Assembly (NCBI GenBank): GCA_963809485.1
Contig: CAWEJX010000008.1
Coordinates: forward strand, 384,001-448,000
From: an uncultured Acidobacteriota bacterium
GTDB lineage: Bacteria > Acidobacteriota > UBA6911
Length of the DNA: 64,000 nucleotides
Direction: 5' to 3'
The translations under genes and the position numbers were made by a program. Of this stretch, positions 1-10,205 are shown one piece after another. How positions within the stretch are numbered: position 1 is the stretch's first letter; every line of letters starts with the position of its first letter. The notes under the pieces were generated by a model. It did no database searches and was not told the DNA's origin. It saw only the letters and a list, made by a program, of their open reading frames with translations.

Positions 1-68
1 TACTGATAAGCACGGTCATCATTTGTTGAACTAACATCCTATGGTACTTCAGAATACAAACTTAAGGA

Positions 69-1034
69 TTAAGCGCAGGCCAGTATCGCTTTCTTTACCA
101 TCCCCGCGGCTACCTGAATCTTCCACTTGTTCAGCGTCAGCGCCCTCGCTCCCGTGACCGCAGCCGTGCCGGCCGCCTGCGCGCTCGCCACATCGATCGT
201 CTTGCCCGCTATGGATTCCTCCGCCTTAGTTGCCCGGTAGGGTTTGTTATATACCGCATTGAGGCATATCCTGGCCGTTCCGCCGCCAATGGCAGCCGCA
301 CAATTCACAATGGGAAAGTCTATCGACGATCTCAGCGCGAACTTTACAAAGGCGCTTTTGACGCCGGAAGCCGGCGCGGGAACCTGAATCTCCTTTACGA
401 TTTCGTCGTTCTCGAGCACCGTGGAACGAGGGATCTTTACCGCCCAGAACTCCTCGGCGTTGATCGTTCTCTTCGATGTCACTATCCTGGCATTTAAGGC
501 GACCAGCGCCGGCGCCGTATCGCTTGGATTCACAGCCATGCAGGCTGAAACACCCCCGAATATCGAGTGGTATCGATTCTCGCCGGCCATGGCGAAGCAC
601 GTTTTGCCGCCTTTCCTGATACAGAAAAACCTGTTGTCGTGGAGCCGGAAATACCAGCAGCGGTTGAGCTGGCAGATGTTGCCGCCGATCGTGCCCATTT
701 CCCGGATGTGCGGCGAAGCGGTTTTGTGGGCCGCCTCCGACAGCGCTGCCCACTTGCTTTTGACGACACTGCTCTTCGCTATATCCTCCAGCCTGGTCAG
801 GGCGCCTATCCGCAGCATGCCCTTTTCTTCTTTGATGTAATCCAGGCTGGGCGTTATGGTCTTGAGGTTTACCAGAATCTGAGGATACATGGTATCCGGG
901 AGTACCTCAAACCTCATGGTTCCCACAAGATCGGTGCCCCCGGCAAGTGCCCAGGCATTGGCTGTACGCAGGGCCGACACCGCCTCTTCCACCGTCTTGG
1001 CATTCATTCGGGTGAATTTCCTTACGGTCTTCAT
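69..1034 (-). CDS. Xanthine dehydrogenase-family FAD-binding subunit (PaoB/HcrB-like, with extra [4Fe-4S] motif)
   Basis: AGGTDL and GTIGGN FAD motifs; Cys insert CQLNRCWYFR..C..C..C as in PaoB/HcrB; last gene of a Mo-enzyme trio. Confidence 0.9.
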   Translation of the reverse strand: MKTVRKFTRMNAKTVEEAVSALRTANAWALAGGTDLVGTMRFEVLPDTMYPQILVNLKTITPSLDYIKEEKGMLRIGALTRLEDIAKSSVVKSKWAALSEAAHKTASPHIREMGTIGGNICQLNRCWYFRLHDNRFFCIRKGGKTCFAMAGENRYHSIFGGVSACMAVNPSDTAPALVALNARIVTSKRTINAEEFWAVKIPRSTVLENDEIVKEIQVPAPASGVKSAFVKFALRSSIDFPIVNCAAAIGGGTARICLNAVYNKPYRATKAEESIAGKTIDVASAQAAGTAAVTGARALTLNKWKIQVAAGMVKKAILACA

Positions 1035-1048
1035 TTTTGTCTAAGCTC

Positions 1049-3395
1049 CTATCCTTTGCCCAGCGCTTTTAGGATCCTGTCCGGGGTGATCGGTTCAATG
1101 TCCACATACTTGCCTATGGCGTTGTATACGGCCGTAGGTATGATCGTGTGGTTGCACGCGCCGCCGTCTTCCCCAATGCCGCAGCTCCCATAAGGGGCAT
1201 ACGCCAGACCCGTTTCCACATAGGCGCACTCAATCGACGCGACGTCATTCATCACATTCACCGGGTACCCTATCAGGTTGTCGTTCAGTACCACTCCTGT
1301 TTTTGGATCGTGATACACCGTCTCTTTGCTGGATCTCCCGAGCCCCATATAAGCGCCGCCGTACTGCTGGCCGTTAAACGCGTCCGGGTTTATTACTTTG
1401 CCTCCGTCATTGACGCTAACCTGTTTTTTTATTTCTATCCCTCCCGTATCGGGGTCTACCTCTATTTCCAAGAAATGCGCTTGCCGGACCATGCTGTACT
1501 CATGTCCCACACCGCCACGCCCTGTGTGACCGGGAGTATAGTCCCATACATACAAGTCATAGGTGGATGCGGCCGCCACTTGCGCCAGTGTCTTTTTATT
1601 TTCCGGGTTCGCCTTTTCAAAAACCACGCTGTCCTTGATGTCCAGTTCTTCAACCTTTTTATTCGGGAAAAATGCAGGCATTTCCCGTGACAGATTTCCC
1701 AATGTCCTGCGCCGGGACGGTGGCACAACTACTTTTTCAAGGATCAACTGCTTCATCTTCCGCGCGGCTCTTGCCGCTGCCAGATTACTTCCGCTCATCC
1801 CCTGGGATCCGCCCCCCGGCTCCGATACAAGACCGTCGCGGCCTTCGAAGGGTCTTATCCGAACGTCTTTATAATTGGCTCCCATTTCATCGGCCACGAC
1901 CTGGCAGTAGGCGGTCTGTCCAACAACGCCTCCATCACATTGCGTTGCCAGGATATTAACCGTTCCATCGGCGTTCACTCTGATGCCTATGCCGGCAGTC
2001 CCCACCGTATGCGCCCACTCGACGGTCGAGACATAGCCCATCCCGTGATAATTCCCATTGGGCAGAATTTTGGTCCCGGGCAAGTGCCATTTTTTATCCC
2101 ACTCCATAATTTTCTTACCCAGTTCATTCACCTCTTTGAAACTGTCTCTGTCCGTGTTAAATCCCTGCGGCTTCCGGACGTGTTCGTTGGCATACGCCCA
2201 GTCGTGGCCTTCGCAGCCCTCATTGATCTGGGCGATCTTGCTTGGATCCATCCCCAGTTCGCCGGCTACGTGCTCCCATACCTGGGTTACCACTCTGACG
2301 CTCGAGGAACCATGCTTGAAGCACTGAATGGGCGGCTTTGTATGAGCCGCCACATCGCACGTAATGTATATATTGGGAATCCTGGTGCCTTTGTGTATTT
2401 TAACGGTACTGGCTTCTGTGACCCAGGCTTCGTAGCATTTCAGCTGTACGGCCGTGATGCGGCCATCCAGTTTGAATCCCACTTTAAAATAGTAGCGCGA
2501 CCGGGCGTCCTCGTCACAGCCCTCGAAGTGACTGTCATCGTCCAGAACTTTTACCGGGCACCCCGTTCGCCTGGCAGCGATTACAGCCACCTGAGCTGTT
2601 TGGGGGGCCGCGCGCATATTACTCGAACCTCCAAAAAATGCTCCATTATAGGGTAGGTACAGATGGATCTTGTGCACAGGGCTGTATTGTCGCAGAGCAT
2701 CCATCGCGTACAACCAGTTCTGGCCGTGATGCCAAACATCCAGATAGTCTCCCCTGCATTCCGCCACTCCGACATGTGCCTCTACCCCGGCCCACACGTC
2801 CTGATCATCACCCGCTACCCATTCGACTACTTTGTCGGCCTCGGCAAACCCTTTTTCAACATCCCCAAACTTGACAGGAGGCTGCCTCGTCTTATTGTTC
2901 GACTTGGGATTTGTGTCCGGGCGCATTATTGGAGCGCCCGGCTTCAACGCTTCCTCAGGGTCCAGGATCACCGGCAGCTCTTCCATCTCGAGTTCTATCA
3001 GTCGCAATGCCCGGTCGACTATCGCCTCGCTTTCGCCTACCACCACAGCTCCCACCATCCCCCGATACCAGTGGTTCGTGTCGGAGACAAGCGGTTTGCC
3101 CTCATACTTAGGCCAGGTTATCCCGGGATCATCATATCGAAGTACCGCTCTTACTCCGGGAAAAGCCTCGGCCTTGCTGGTATCCAGGCGTTTGATCTTA
3201 GCGTGACCGTAGGGGGATCGATAGAAACTTCGCATACAGCATCCCCGGACGGTATATGTCCCTGGTATACACGGCACTTCCGCTCGCTTTTTCATAACCA
3301 TCCAGACGCCGTACGCGGCGTTTCCCGATCACGCCGCCTTCCGGCACCGGCCAAAGCCAAGGATATAAGGGTTCTCCCTCTTTCAGACCGTACAT
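1049..3395 (-). CDS. Xanthine dehydrogenase-family molybdopterin-binding subunit (one +1 frameshift near 3226)
   Basis: N-terminus (RRLDGYEKASGSAVYTRDI..PGMLYAKF) in ORF 3198..3395 with AGGAGG RBS joins YRSPYGHAKI.. of ORF 1049..3301; C-terminal EVDPDTG, GQQYGG, GIGE, PITPDRIL motifs. Confidence 0.88.
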
Positions 3396-3410
3396 TTTCT
3401 CAGCCCTCCT

Positions 3411-4073
3411 CTAGGCGCTCCCAATGACTTCCTTAACGGCTATTATGTGTTGTGTGTATGTGCCGCACCGGCATATGTTGCCCCCCAGCGCGTCCCTTAT
3501 ATCTTCCTCCGTCGGCCTGGGGATACGATCCAGCAACGCCTTGGCGGTTACCACAAATCCCGGCGTGCAGTAGCCGCACTGCATGCAATGGTTCAGAACG
3601 TAAGCCTCGATGAGTTGCGGAGTGTTGATGGCAACACCTTCCGCCGTCTCTATTGCCGCGCCGTCACAATCCGCCGCAAACGTCATGCAGGAAAGCACCG
3701 GCCGCCCGTTCATAATCACCGTGCAGGACCCGCAGGCTCCGTAACCGTTGCACATATCCTTGATGGACAAAAAGCCCAGCTGATCGCGAAGCACATCGCG
3801 CAGCATCCACTCCGGCTCAACCCGAAGCTCATACCTATGCTTGTTCACCGTGAAATTTATCGTTTGGGCAGCTGCCGAGGAGGCCAGTGCGAGGACGCCC
3901 GCCGGAGCGGCTCCGGCCCGTTTCGCTGCCTGGGGACCAGCGGCAACCACATTGGCGCCCGCCCCTGTACCGAGGATGGCTACGGAGCTGACAGCAAATT
4001 CCCGGCGCGATATCGGTCCCAATCCTGTTCTGTCACTTTCCCGGGTTTTCTTTTTTTCTTCCTCTTTCGACAT
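3411..4073 (-). CDS. (2Fe-2S)-binding subunit of XDH-family enzyme with Tat signal (PaoA-like)
   Basis: SRREF twin-arginine motif; C-x4-CGSC and QCGYCTPG..CRC motifs; GGAGGAG RBS before ATG 4073. Confidence 0.9.
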   Translation of the reverse strand: MSKEEEKKKTRESDRTGLGPISRREFAVSSVAILGTGAGANVVAAGPQAAKRAGAAPAGVLALASSAAAQTINFTVNKHRYELRVEPEWMLRDVLRDQLGFLSIKDMCNGYGACGSCTVIMNGRPVLSCMTFAADCDGAAIETAEGVAINTPQLIEAYVLNHCMQCGYCTPGFVVTAKALLDRIPRPTEEDIRDALGGNICRCGTYTQHIIAVKEVIGSA

Positions 4074-4507
4074 TGCACTCCTCCCTTTCCTGCCCTTTTT
4101 GTCTCCCAAAACCGAATCTATCTCGGCGTGCCCGCCTTATGCGTCGTGCCTGCCGGAACTCGATATGTCTATGGGGCAGTCTCCGGTGTACGTGCGAGCA
4201 TTTTATCACTCTGCTATGCTAAATGGTCTCTGCCGCGAAACTGCTTTGCGCTGCGCGAAATGTGGCGCCTCTTGTTTTATTGTTCGACATCCTAAAAATG
4301 AATCCGGGCAACTATTATGCCGTCCTCTTGATGAATTCAGCTTAACCAAGCCCCATTCGGAATCTCGATGAACGGTAATTCCTGGGGAGCCTTTGTTCAA
4401 ATCCCGCAATTGTAATCAACGTCTGACCTTATATCGGCTCGCACTTCCCTCGCACTTTCAAAGATCTCGTCGTTCACAATAGCACGTTTGAAAGCATAGT
4501 TTCCTAA

Positions 4508-4539
4508 TTAGCTGTTTAGGTTTAGCTGTTTAGGTTTAG
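4508..4539. repeat. 14-bp tandem repeat (TTAGCTGTTTAGGT x2.3)
   Basis: Directly visible in the divergent intergenic region. Confidence 0.85.
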
Positions 4540-4541
4540 TT

Positions 4542-4586
4542 TTGTCAAGATAAATGTTGCATTGCATGCAACATTTATCTTGACAA
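4542..4586. promoter_or_regulatory. Perfect 21-bp inverted repeat with TTGACA on both strands (divergent promoter/operator)
   Basis: TTGTCAAGATAAATGTTGCAT-TGC-ATGCAACATTTATCTTGACAA. Confidence 0.7.
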
Positions 4587-4692
4587 TGCAAAAGGCAACC
4601 TGCTAAATGCTTTTCGATCATGCAGGCTTTTTCATTGCGCACGATTTTAAGGTTCTAATTGCTGGAGGCTTATTTTGGGGAGGTTACATCGC

Positions 4693-7600
4693 ATGCGGTC
4701 AATGATCATTGCAGTTTGCTGTTTGCTCGCGGTTGCCGGAGCGGCGTTTGCCCAAGGCGATCGGGGCACCATTACGGGAACCATAACCGATCAGGCAGGC
4801 GCGGTCATACCCACTGCCGCAATTGAAATAAAAAACATCAGTACCGGCGCCGTGTATCAAGCGCAAAGCTCTTCGACGGGCAATTACACAGTCGGCCAAT
4901 TGCCTGCCGGCACGTACCAGATGTCATCTTCGGTGCCCGGATTCAAGCAGTTCGTAAGAACGGGCATCACGGTTTTAGTGGCGCAAACCTTGCGCATCGA
5001 CATTTCACTCCAGGTGGGCGCCATCAGCGAGACTGTCACCGTCAACGCCGATGCTCCCCTGTTGAGGACGGAAAGCGGCGAGTTGGCGCACAATGTCGCC
5101 GGAGATACTCTGAATGAGCTTCCCATTCTGGGATTTACGGGATATTTGCGCGATCCCTTCGCCGTGGCGACTTTGGTCCCGGGCGCGCTTTATGAGTCGA
5201 GCATGGTAAACAACATACGCATGAATGGGGCTCCCTCGAACACGCAGGGGTTCCGGATCGAGGGCCAGGACTCAACCAACGGATTGTTTTCAACGTACAC
5301 GTCGTGGAGCCAACCGTCCGTGGATGCGGTCGAGGAGTTCGCGATTCAGACCAGCAACTTTGCCGCCGAATACGGGCAGGCGGGGGGCGGTTTGTTCAAT
5401 GTAACCATGAAATCCGGCACCAATGCGTTGCACGGAAGCGCGTACGATTATTGGTACAATGAAGCATTCAACGCCAGTTCGCCCTACGGCCAAAAGGACC
5501 GTCAGCGCCGGCACGACTACGGTTTCACGCTGGGAGGTCCCATTTATATTCCCAAAGTGTACAATGGGCGCGACAAGACGTTTTTCTTTTTCAACTTTGA
5601 GCAGTTCCGGGAGAAGAGTGTTGACAACACCACCCTGTTCACGGTTCCCACAATGCGCATGCGCCAGGGAGATTTCAGCGAGGTGTTGACCGATGCAACC
5701 GTGAAAACCGCTGATGGAGTTACTACTATCCACGAAAACCAGCTCTACAGACCCGGGACAGAACGTACGTATGTCGGGCTTGACGGAAAGAGTTACCTGA
5801 TGAGAGATCCGTACCCGGGCAATGTGATTACGGACCCGCTTAACAGCAGTGCGCTGGCAATCCAGGAGCTGATTCCCGAACCTGCGGGCCCCTACAAGGA
5901 CGACTTGACGGGCAACTATGTTGTTCCGTGGGAAAAATACAATTATAGGACCATTCCGAGTGTGAAGATCGACCACAACTTCGGTACCCGCTCAAAGCTT
6001 TCAGGCTATTGGAATCAAGCGCGCTACGACACCAACTCTGTAAACTGCGACAGCCTTTACTTGATCAGTCCCACTACTGCCTGCACGATTTCTACTACCC
6101 GCACCAACATGGTGCGTTTGAACTACAGCTTAACCCTGACGCCGACAGTGCTGCTGTATCTCGGCGCCGGCCTCCAGTTCACGGATTTTTGGAACTCTAC
6201 CCCCTTTCAAAATTTCGATCAGCAAAAGGAACTCGGCATACCGCAGCCGAAGGGGGCTGAGGGCAAAATCTTCCCCAACCTTAGAGGGCTTTCCACGACT
6301 TACGGCGGATTTTATACAAACCCCAGCGGCCAGGGCCCGGGGATCGATCAGCACCGGAATTTGACCAAGCCGACCGCGAATGCCAGCTTAACTTGGGTCA
6401 AAACCAACCACACCTACAAATTCGGCGCGGAATTGCGCCTCGAGGGATATCCGACCGATCTGGTGCACCCCTCCTACGGCCACTATACATTTTCCAACAC
6501 GCAAACCGCGATTCCCGATTCTGCGTACGTCAAAACCCTTTCAGTGGGTTTCCCATACGCGAGTTTCCTGTTGGGACAAATGAGTAGCGTCTCCATTGGA
6601 GCCCCCGCCGATCCCCGCGTAGGAAAGTCGTCATGGGCTTTGTTCGCTCAGGACAGCTGGAAGGTAACCCGCAAATTCACTCTGGATTACGGATTGCGCT
6701 GGGATTACCAGGGCTATTTGAAAGAGACTTACGGCCGGGTTGCCAATTTCTCTCCCACCACTCTGAATCCCAACGTCGGCAATCTGCCGGGGGGCATGAT
6801 TTTTGAAAGAGACGAGGTGAAATTCGCGGACGTTTACGCCTTCGCGTTCGGTCCGAGGTTGGGAGCGGCTTATCAGATCACGCCCAAGACGGTGCTCCGC
6901 GCAGGATGGGGCATCAGCTACGGGCAGACCGCCACCGATAACGGGACAATGGTAACTGCTGGCGGCGCCGCTGTAGGATATTCAGCTCCCTCCTATGGTG
7001 CGGTATGGAGGACGCTGGACCAGGGAGCGCCGGAATCGTCAACGGGAATGTACGTATGGCCCATTGTGGACCCCGGCTATTTAAATACTTCACCCACACC
7101 CGTAACAGCAAGCCCTGCCGCGTTCGATAGAAATGCGGGCCGGCCGCCGAGGCAGATCATGTGGAGCATTAGCCTCCAGCGGGAGATTACCAAGAACCTG
7201 ATGGTGGAAGCCTCATACGTCGGCAACCGCGGCGCCTGGTGGGAGGGCAACGAACTCATCCGCGTGAATTCGATATCGGCGGAGCGGCTTGCCTCCTTTG
7301 GGCTCAGCCTTGACAATTCCAACGATAGATCCCTTTTAGCCGGCACAATGAATTCCGCGGCGGCAAAGAGCCGCATAAATCCGGTCACAAATCTTCCATT
7401 CAGCACTCCGCCTTACACCGGCTTCCCAACCAACCAAACCGTCGCCCAATCGCTGCGGCCGTTCCCGCATTTCGGAACCATCAATTATAGATGGTCGCCG
7501 CTCGGCAGGACCTGGTATGACTCGCTGCAGATCAAAGTGACCAAGCGGTATTCCCACGGGCTTGACCTGACCAGTGTGTTTACCTGGCAGAAAGAACTGG

Positions 7601-8352
7601 TCATGGGGTCGGAATCAACAGGCTCACAAGGAGGAACAACCGGCGGAATCGTAAACAACGTGTTCGACCGCCATGTCAACAAGTACATGTCGAGCTATTC
7701 CCGGCCCATCGTATGGACCACCTCGCTGAGCTACACGTTGCCGAAACTGGATACAAACAAGGCGCTGTCGTGGGCGATTCGCGATTGGAATATCGGCCTT
7801 GTTTTGAATTACACCAGCGGCAGAATGATTCAAGTTCCAGCAGCTTCATCAACCAGCGTGACCTCCCTCTACACCTTCCAAAACACCTTCGCGAATCGGG
7901 TTGAGGGTCAACCGTTGTTTATACGGACTGTGAAAAACGCTGATGGGACCCAATCCACGATGCCCCTCAGCGGCCTCAATGAAAGAAGCGCATTTGACCC
8001 GCTCACGGATTTTGTATTGAATCCGGCGGCCTGGAAAGATCCGATCCCGGGCCAGTACAGCTACTCGCCGGCATTTTATAGCGACTACCGGTACCCGCGT
8101 CAGCCTGAGGAAAAGGTGAGCATAGGGCGGACCTTCCGGCTCAGGGAAGGGATGAGACTGTCTATTCGGGCCGACTTCAATAACATATTAAACCGCATGG
8201 TATTGAGTAACAGCCTCTTAACGAGTACCAGTGCAATAGCCCCCCAGACTTGGTCGAGCTCAGGCAGGACATCCTCCGGCTTTGGACGCTACAACGCGGC
8301 TAACGCCAACTCGCAGCGCAGGGGCTTTATAGTCGCCCGTTTTCAATTTTGA
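4693..8352 (+). CDS. TonB-dependent receptor (Oar-like, carboxypeptidase regulatory-like N-domain)
   Basis: Signal peptide, DRGTITGTITD, plug motif SVDAVEEFAIQTSNFAAEYG, KSGTNALHGS, C-terminal Phe; GGGAGG RBS. Confidence 0.92.
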   Translation: MRSMIIAVCCLLAVAGAAFAQGDRGTITGTITDQAGAVIPTAAIEIKNISTGAVYQAQSSSTGNYTVGQLPAGTYQMSSSVPGFKQFVRTGITVLVAQTLRIDISLQVGAISETVTVNADAPLLRTESGELAHNVAGDTLNELPILGFTGYLRDPFAVATLVPGALYESSMVNNIRMNGAPSNTQGFRIEGQDSTNGLFSTYTSWSQPSVDAVEEFAIQTSNFAAEYGQAGGGLFNVTMKSGTNALHGSAYDYWYNEAFNASSPYGQKDRQRRHDYGFTLGGPIYIPKVYNGRDKTFFFFNFEQFREKSVDNTTLFTVPTMRMRQGDFSEVLTDATVKTADGVTTIHENQLYRPGTERTYVGLDGKSYLMRDPYPGNVITDPLNSSALAIQELIPEPAGPYKDDLTGNYVVPWEKYNYRTIPSVKIDHNFGTRSKLSGYWNQARYDTNSVNCDSLYLISPTTACTISTTRTNMVRLNYSLTLTPTVLLYLGAGLQFTDFWNSTPFQNFDQQKELGIPQPKGAEGKIFPNLRGLSTTYGGFYTNPSGQGPGIDQHRNLTKPTANASLTWVKTNHTYKFGAELRLEGYPTDLVHPSYGHYTFSNTQTAIPDSAYVKTLSVGFPYASFLLGQMSSVSIGAPADPRVGKSSWALFAQDSWKVTRKFTLDYGLRWDYQGYLKETYGRVANFSPTTLNPNVGNLPGGMIFERDEVKFADVYAFAFGPRLGAAYQITPKTVLRAGWGISYGQTATDNGTMVTAGGAAVGYSAPSYGAVWRTLDQGAPESSTGMYVWPIVDPGYLNTSPTPVTASPAAFDRNAGRPPRQIMWSISLQREITKNLMVEASYVGNRGAWWEGNELIRVNSISAERLASFGLSLDNSNDRSLLAGTMNSAAAKSRINPVTNLPFSTPPYTGFPTNQTVAQSLRPFPHFGTINYRWSPLGRTWYDSLQIKVTKRYSHGLDLTSVFTWQKELVMGSESTGSQGGTTGGIVNNVFDRHVNKYMSSYSRPIVWTTSLSYTLPKLDTNKALSWAIRDWNIGLVLNYTSGRMIQVPAASSTSVTSLYTFQNTFANRVEGQPLFIRTVKNADGTQSTMPLSGLNERSAFDPLTDFVLNPAAWKDPIPGQYSYSPAFYSDYRYPRQPEEKVSIGRTFRLREGMRLSIRADFNNILNRMVLSNSLLTSTSAIAPQTWSSSGRTSSGFGRYNAANANSQRRGFIVARFQF

Positions 8353-8386
8353 TCTTCAGTCTGACGAATTGCGCTTCGCCGATCCT

Positions 8387-8428
8387 TTCCAGGCCCTAGC
8401 CGCCGTATTTGTGAGGCAGGGCCTGGAA
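8387..8428 (+). terminator. Stem-loop downstream of TonB receptor
   Basis: TTCCAGGCCCT...AGGGCCTGGAA inverted repeat; no strong U-tract. Confidence 0.4.
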
Positions 8429-8547
8429 CCTCAAATCAATGTCCTGGTCAATTAGAAGATCTCATACAGGGTGAGGAGACAGCTCGGCAGGCTGGCCGGA
8501 CCGCAAAGAAGAATTGGTGGTATTACTCCCTCCCAGCTATACCCGGC

Positions 8548-8606
8548 ACGGAGCTGTCAAACTCCATGAGTCCCCCGGCAGAGCCGGGAGTTTACCAATA
8601 GAATTA
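8548..8606 (+). mobile_element. Short hairpin element resembling an IS200/IS605 end (copy A1)
   Basis: GTCAAACTCC.TGAGTCCCCCGGCAGAGCCGGG.GTTTACC..AATTA; 54/59 identical to 46979..47037. Confidence 0.6.
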
Positions 8607-8665
8607 TCCCGGATTCCGAAGTTGGTAATAAAAAAAGGCAGCGGCCAAGCAGCCGTTTACGCTTT

Positions 8666-9994
8666 TTAATTGCTGGAAGATGTTTGGAACACGCTCCGGA
8701 ACATCAGAACTCCCACGACACACATCGCAACCGGGATAACCAGCATCCCAAGCACTGCGAATGGTGCGACCTGCATTTGGATGATCCATCCGCCTATCAT
8801 CGGACTGAGAATAGCCCCGATGCGCCCAACGCTGGCCGCCCACCCGATGCCTGTCGCGCGAATGAGCGGGGGGTAGTAGATTGCGGAAAGAGCATTGAGA
8901 ACAAACTGGCTTCCGGAAATGCCGCCGCCGACCACGAGAAGCAGCACCCACCAGGATGGGCCGCTCGACGGCAGCAGGGCGAAGAGTCCAAGTGCTACGG
9001 CCGTAATAATGTATGCCGTAAGCATAGCCATCACTGTTTTCCCTTTGTCTACGCACCAGGATAGAATCAGTCCTCCGACCACGCCGCCCGCCTGGATCAT
9101 TACGGCACCTTTAGGCGCCTGCGATGCGGTCCAGCCCTGCGTTGTCAGGAGCGTCGGCAACCAGTTGACCAGCAGATAAAGGACGAACATATTGAAGATG
9201 AAAACCATCCATAGCAGAAGTGTCCCCCTGCGATAGGTCTCGTTCAGCAGTTCTGTAATAGATTGTTTATGGATTTCAGGTCTTTTTGCATAGACTGTCT
9301 GCGGATCGGTTCCCGGTGCCAGCCGGGCGAGGATTTTTGTGATGCGCGGATCGTTCGGCCGGCTCGCCAGCAGGAGTTTGATCGATTCCGGAATGGCGGC
9401 TGCCAGAAGGACACAGAGCAGAAGGGGAATTACACCACCGATGGTGAACATACCTTTCCAGCCGAATCTTTCAATGATGATGGGAGCCACGAATCCCGAG
9501 GTAAAGGCTCCAATGGGCACTCCGGAAAACATCAGTGTCACCAGGGCAGCCCGCCGCTTGTTCGGAAGATAATCCGAAGTCAGCGCCGTTGCGTTTGTCA
9601 GGCTTGCGCCGAGCGCCAGGCCGGTCAGGAATCGCCAGACCAGAAGTTGCGTTGTGTTGCTGGCGAAACTTGTGGCGATGGACGCCAGCCCGAGGAAAGC
9701 CATGGAGGAGATCAGCAATATTCGCCGGCCGAATCGATCGCCCAGCGGAGCCAGAAAGGCTCCCCCGATTGCGATACCAAAAAGTGCCGAAGCAAGCACC
9801 AGGCTGAAATCAGAGGATTTAATGGACCATTGAGCGGAGAGCGCCGGTACAATAAGCGCCATGCTCTGAATGTGGTAGCCGTCGAGCCAGACCACCAGCG
9901 CGCTCAGGATCATTACGGTTATTTGAAGCGAGGACAGGTTTCTTTGATCGATCAGCTGACCGATCTCTATTTTATGGGCGCGATTCGATTCCAC
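8666..9994 (-). CDS. MFS aromatic acid:H+ symporter (AAHS; PcaK/BenK-like)
   Basis: LDGY, GDRFGRR, YPPLIRATGIGWAASVGRIGAILSP motifs; about 12 TM; GTG start with RBS. Confidence 0.88.
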   Translation of the reverse strand: MESNRAHKIEIGQLIDQRNLSSLQITVMILSALVVWLDGYHIQSMALIVPALSAQWSIKSSDFSLVLASALFGIAIGGAFLAPLGDRFGRRILLISSMAFLGLASIATSFASNTTQLLVWRFLTGLALGASLTNATALTSDYLPNKRRAALVTLMFSGVPIGAFTSGFVAPIIIERFGWKGMFTIGGVIPLLLCVLLAAAIPESIKLLLASRPNDPRITKILARLAPGTDPQTVYAKRPEIHKQSITELLNETYRRGTLLLWMVFIFNMFVLYLLVNWLPTLLTTQGWTASQAPKGAVMIQAGGVVGGLILSWCVDKGKTVMAMLTAYIITAVALGLFALLPSSGPSWWVLLLVVGGGISGSQFVLNALSAIYYPPLIRATGIGWAASVGRIGAILSPMIGGWIIQMQVAPFAVLGMLVIPVAMCVVGVLMFRSVFQTSSSN

Positions 9995-10205
9995 AATGGC
10001 ACCTTTCAAATTAGCTTGGGTACACACGCACAGCTCAACCTGAATCGAGGGGATTATACTTTGAACAGCCTGCTTCGCCGCAACAAATCCACAATCGGGG
10101 ACGTCCCTGATTCACTACCGGAATGCTTCTTCCACTCTTTTCTGTCAGCTGTTTTGCCAACGGAACTGGATCATCGATGTACGGACTGGGTTTTTGCCCG
10201 GCGCC

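Noticed and set aside
3198-3301. Programmed frameshifting in the Mo subunit, esterase or nucleotidase
   Set aside because: No slippery heptamer or stimulatory structure; the pattern fits sequencing indels
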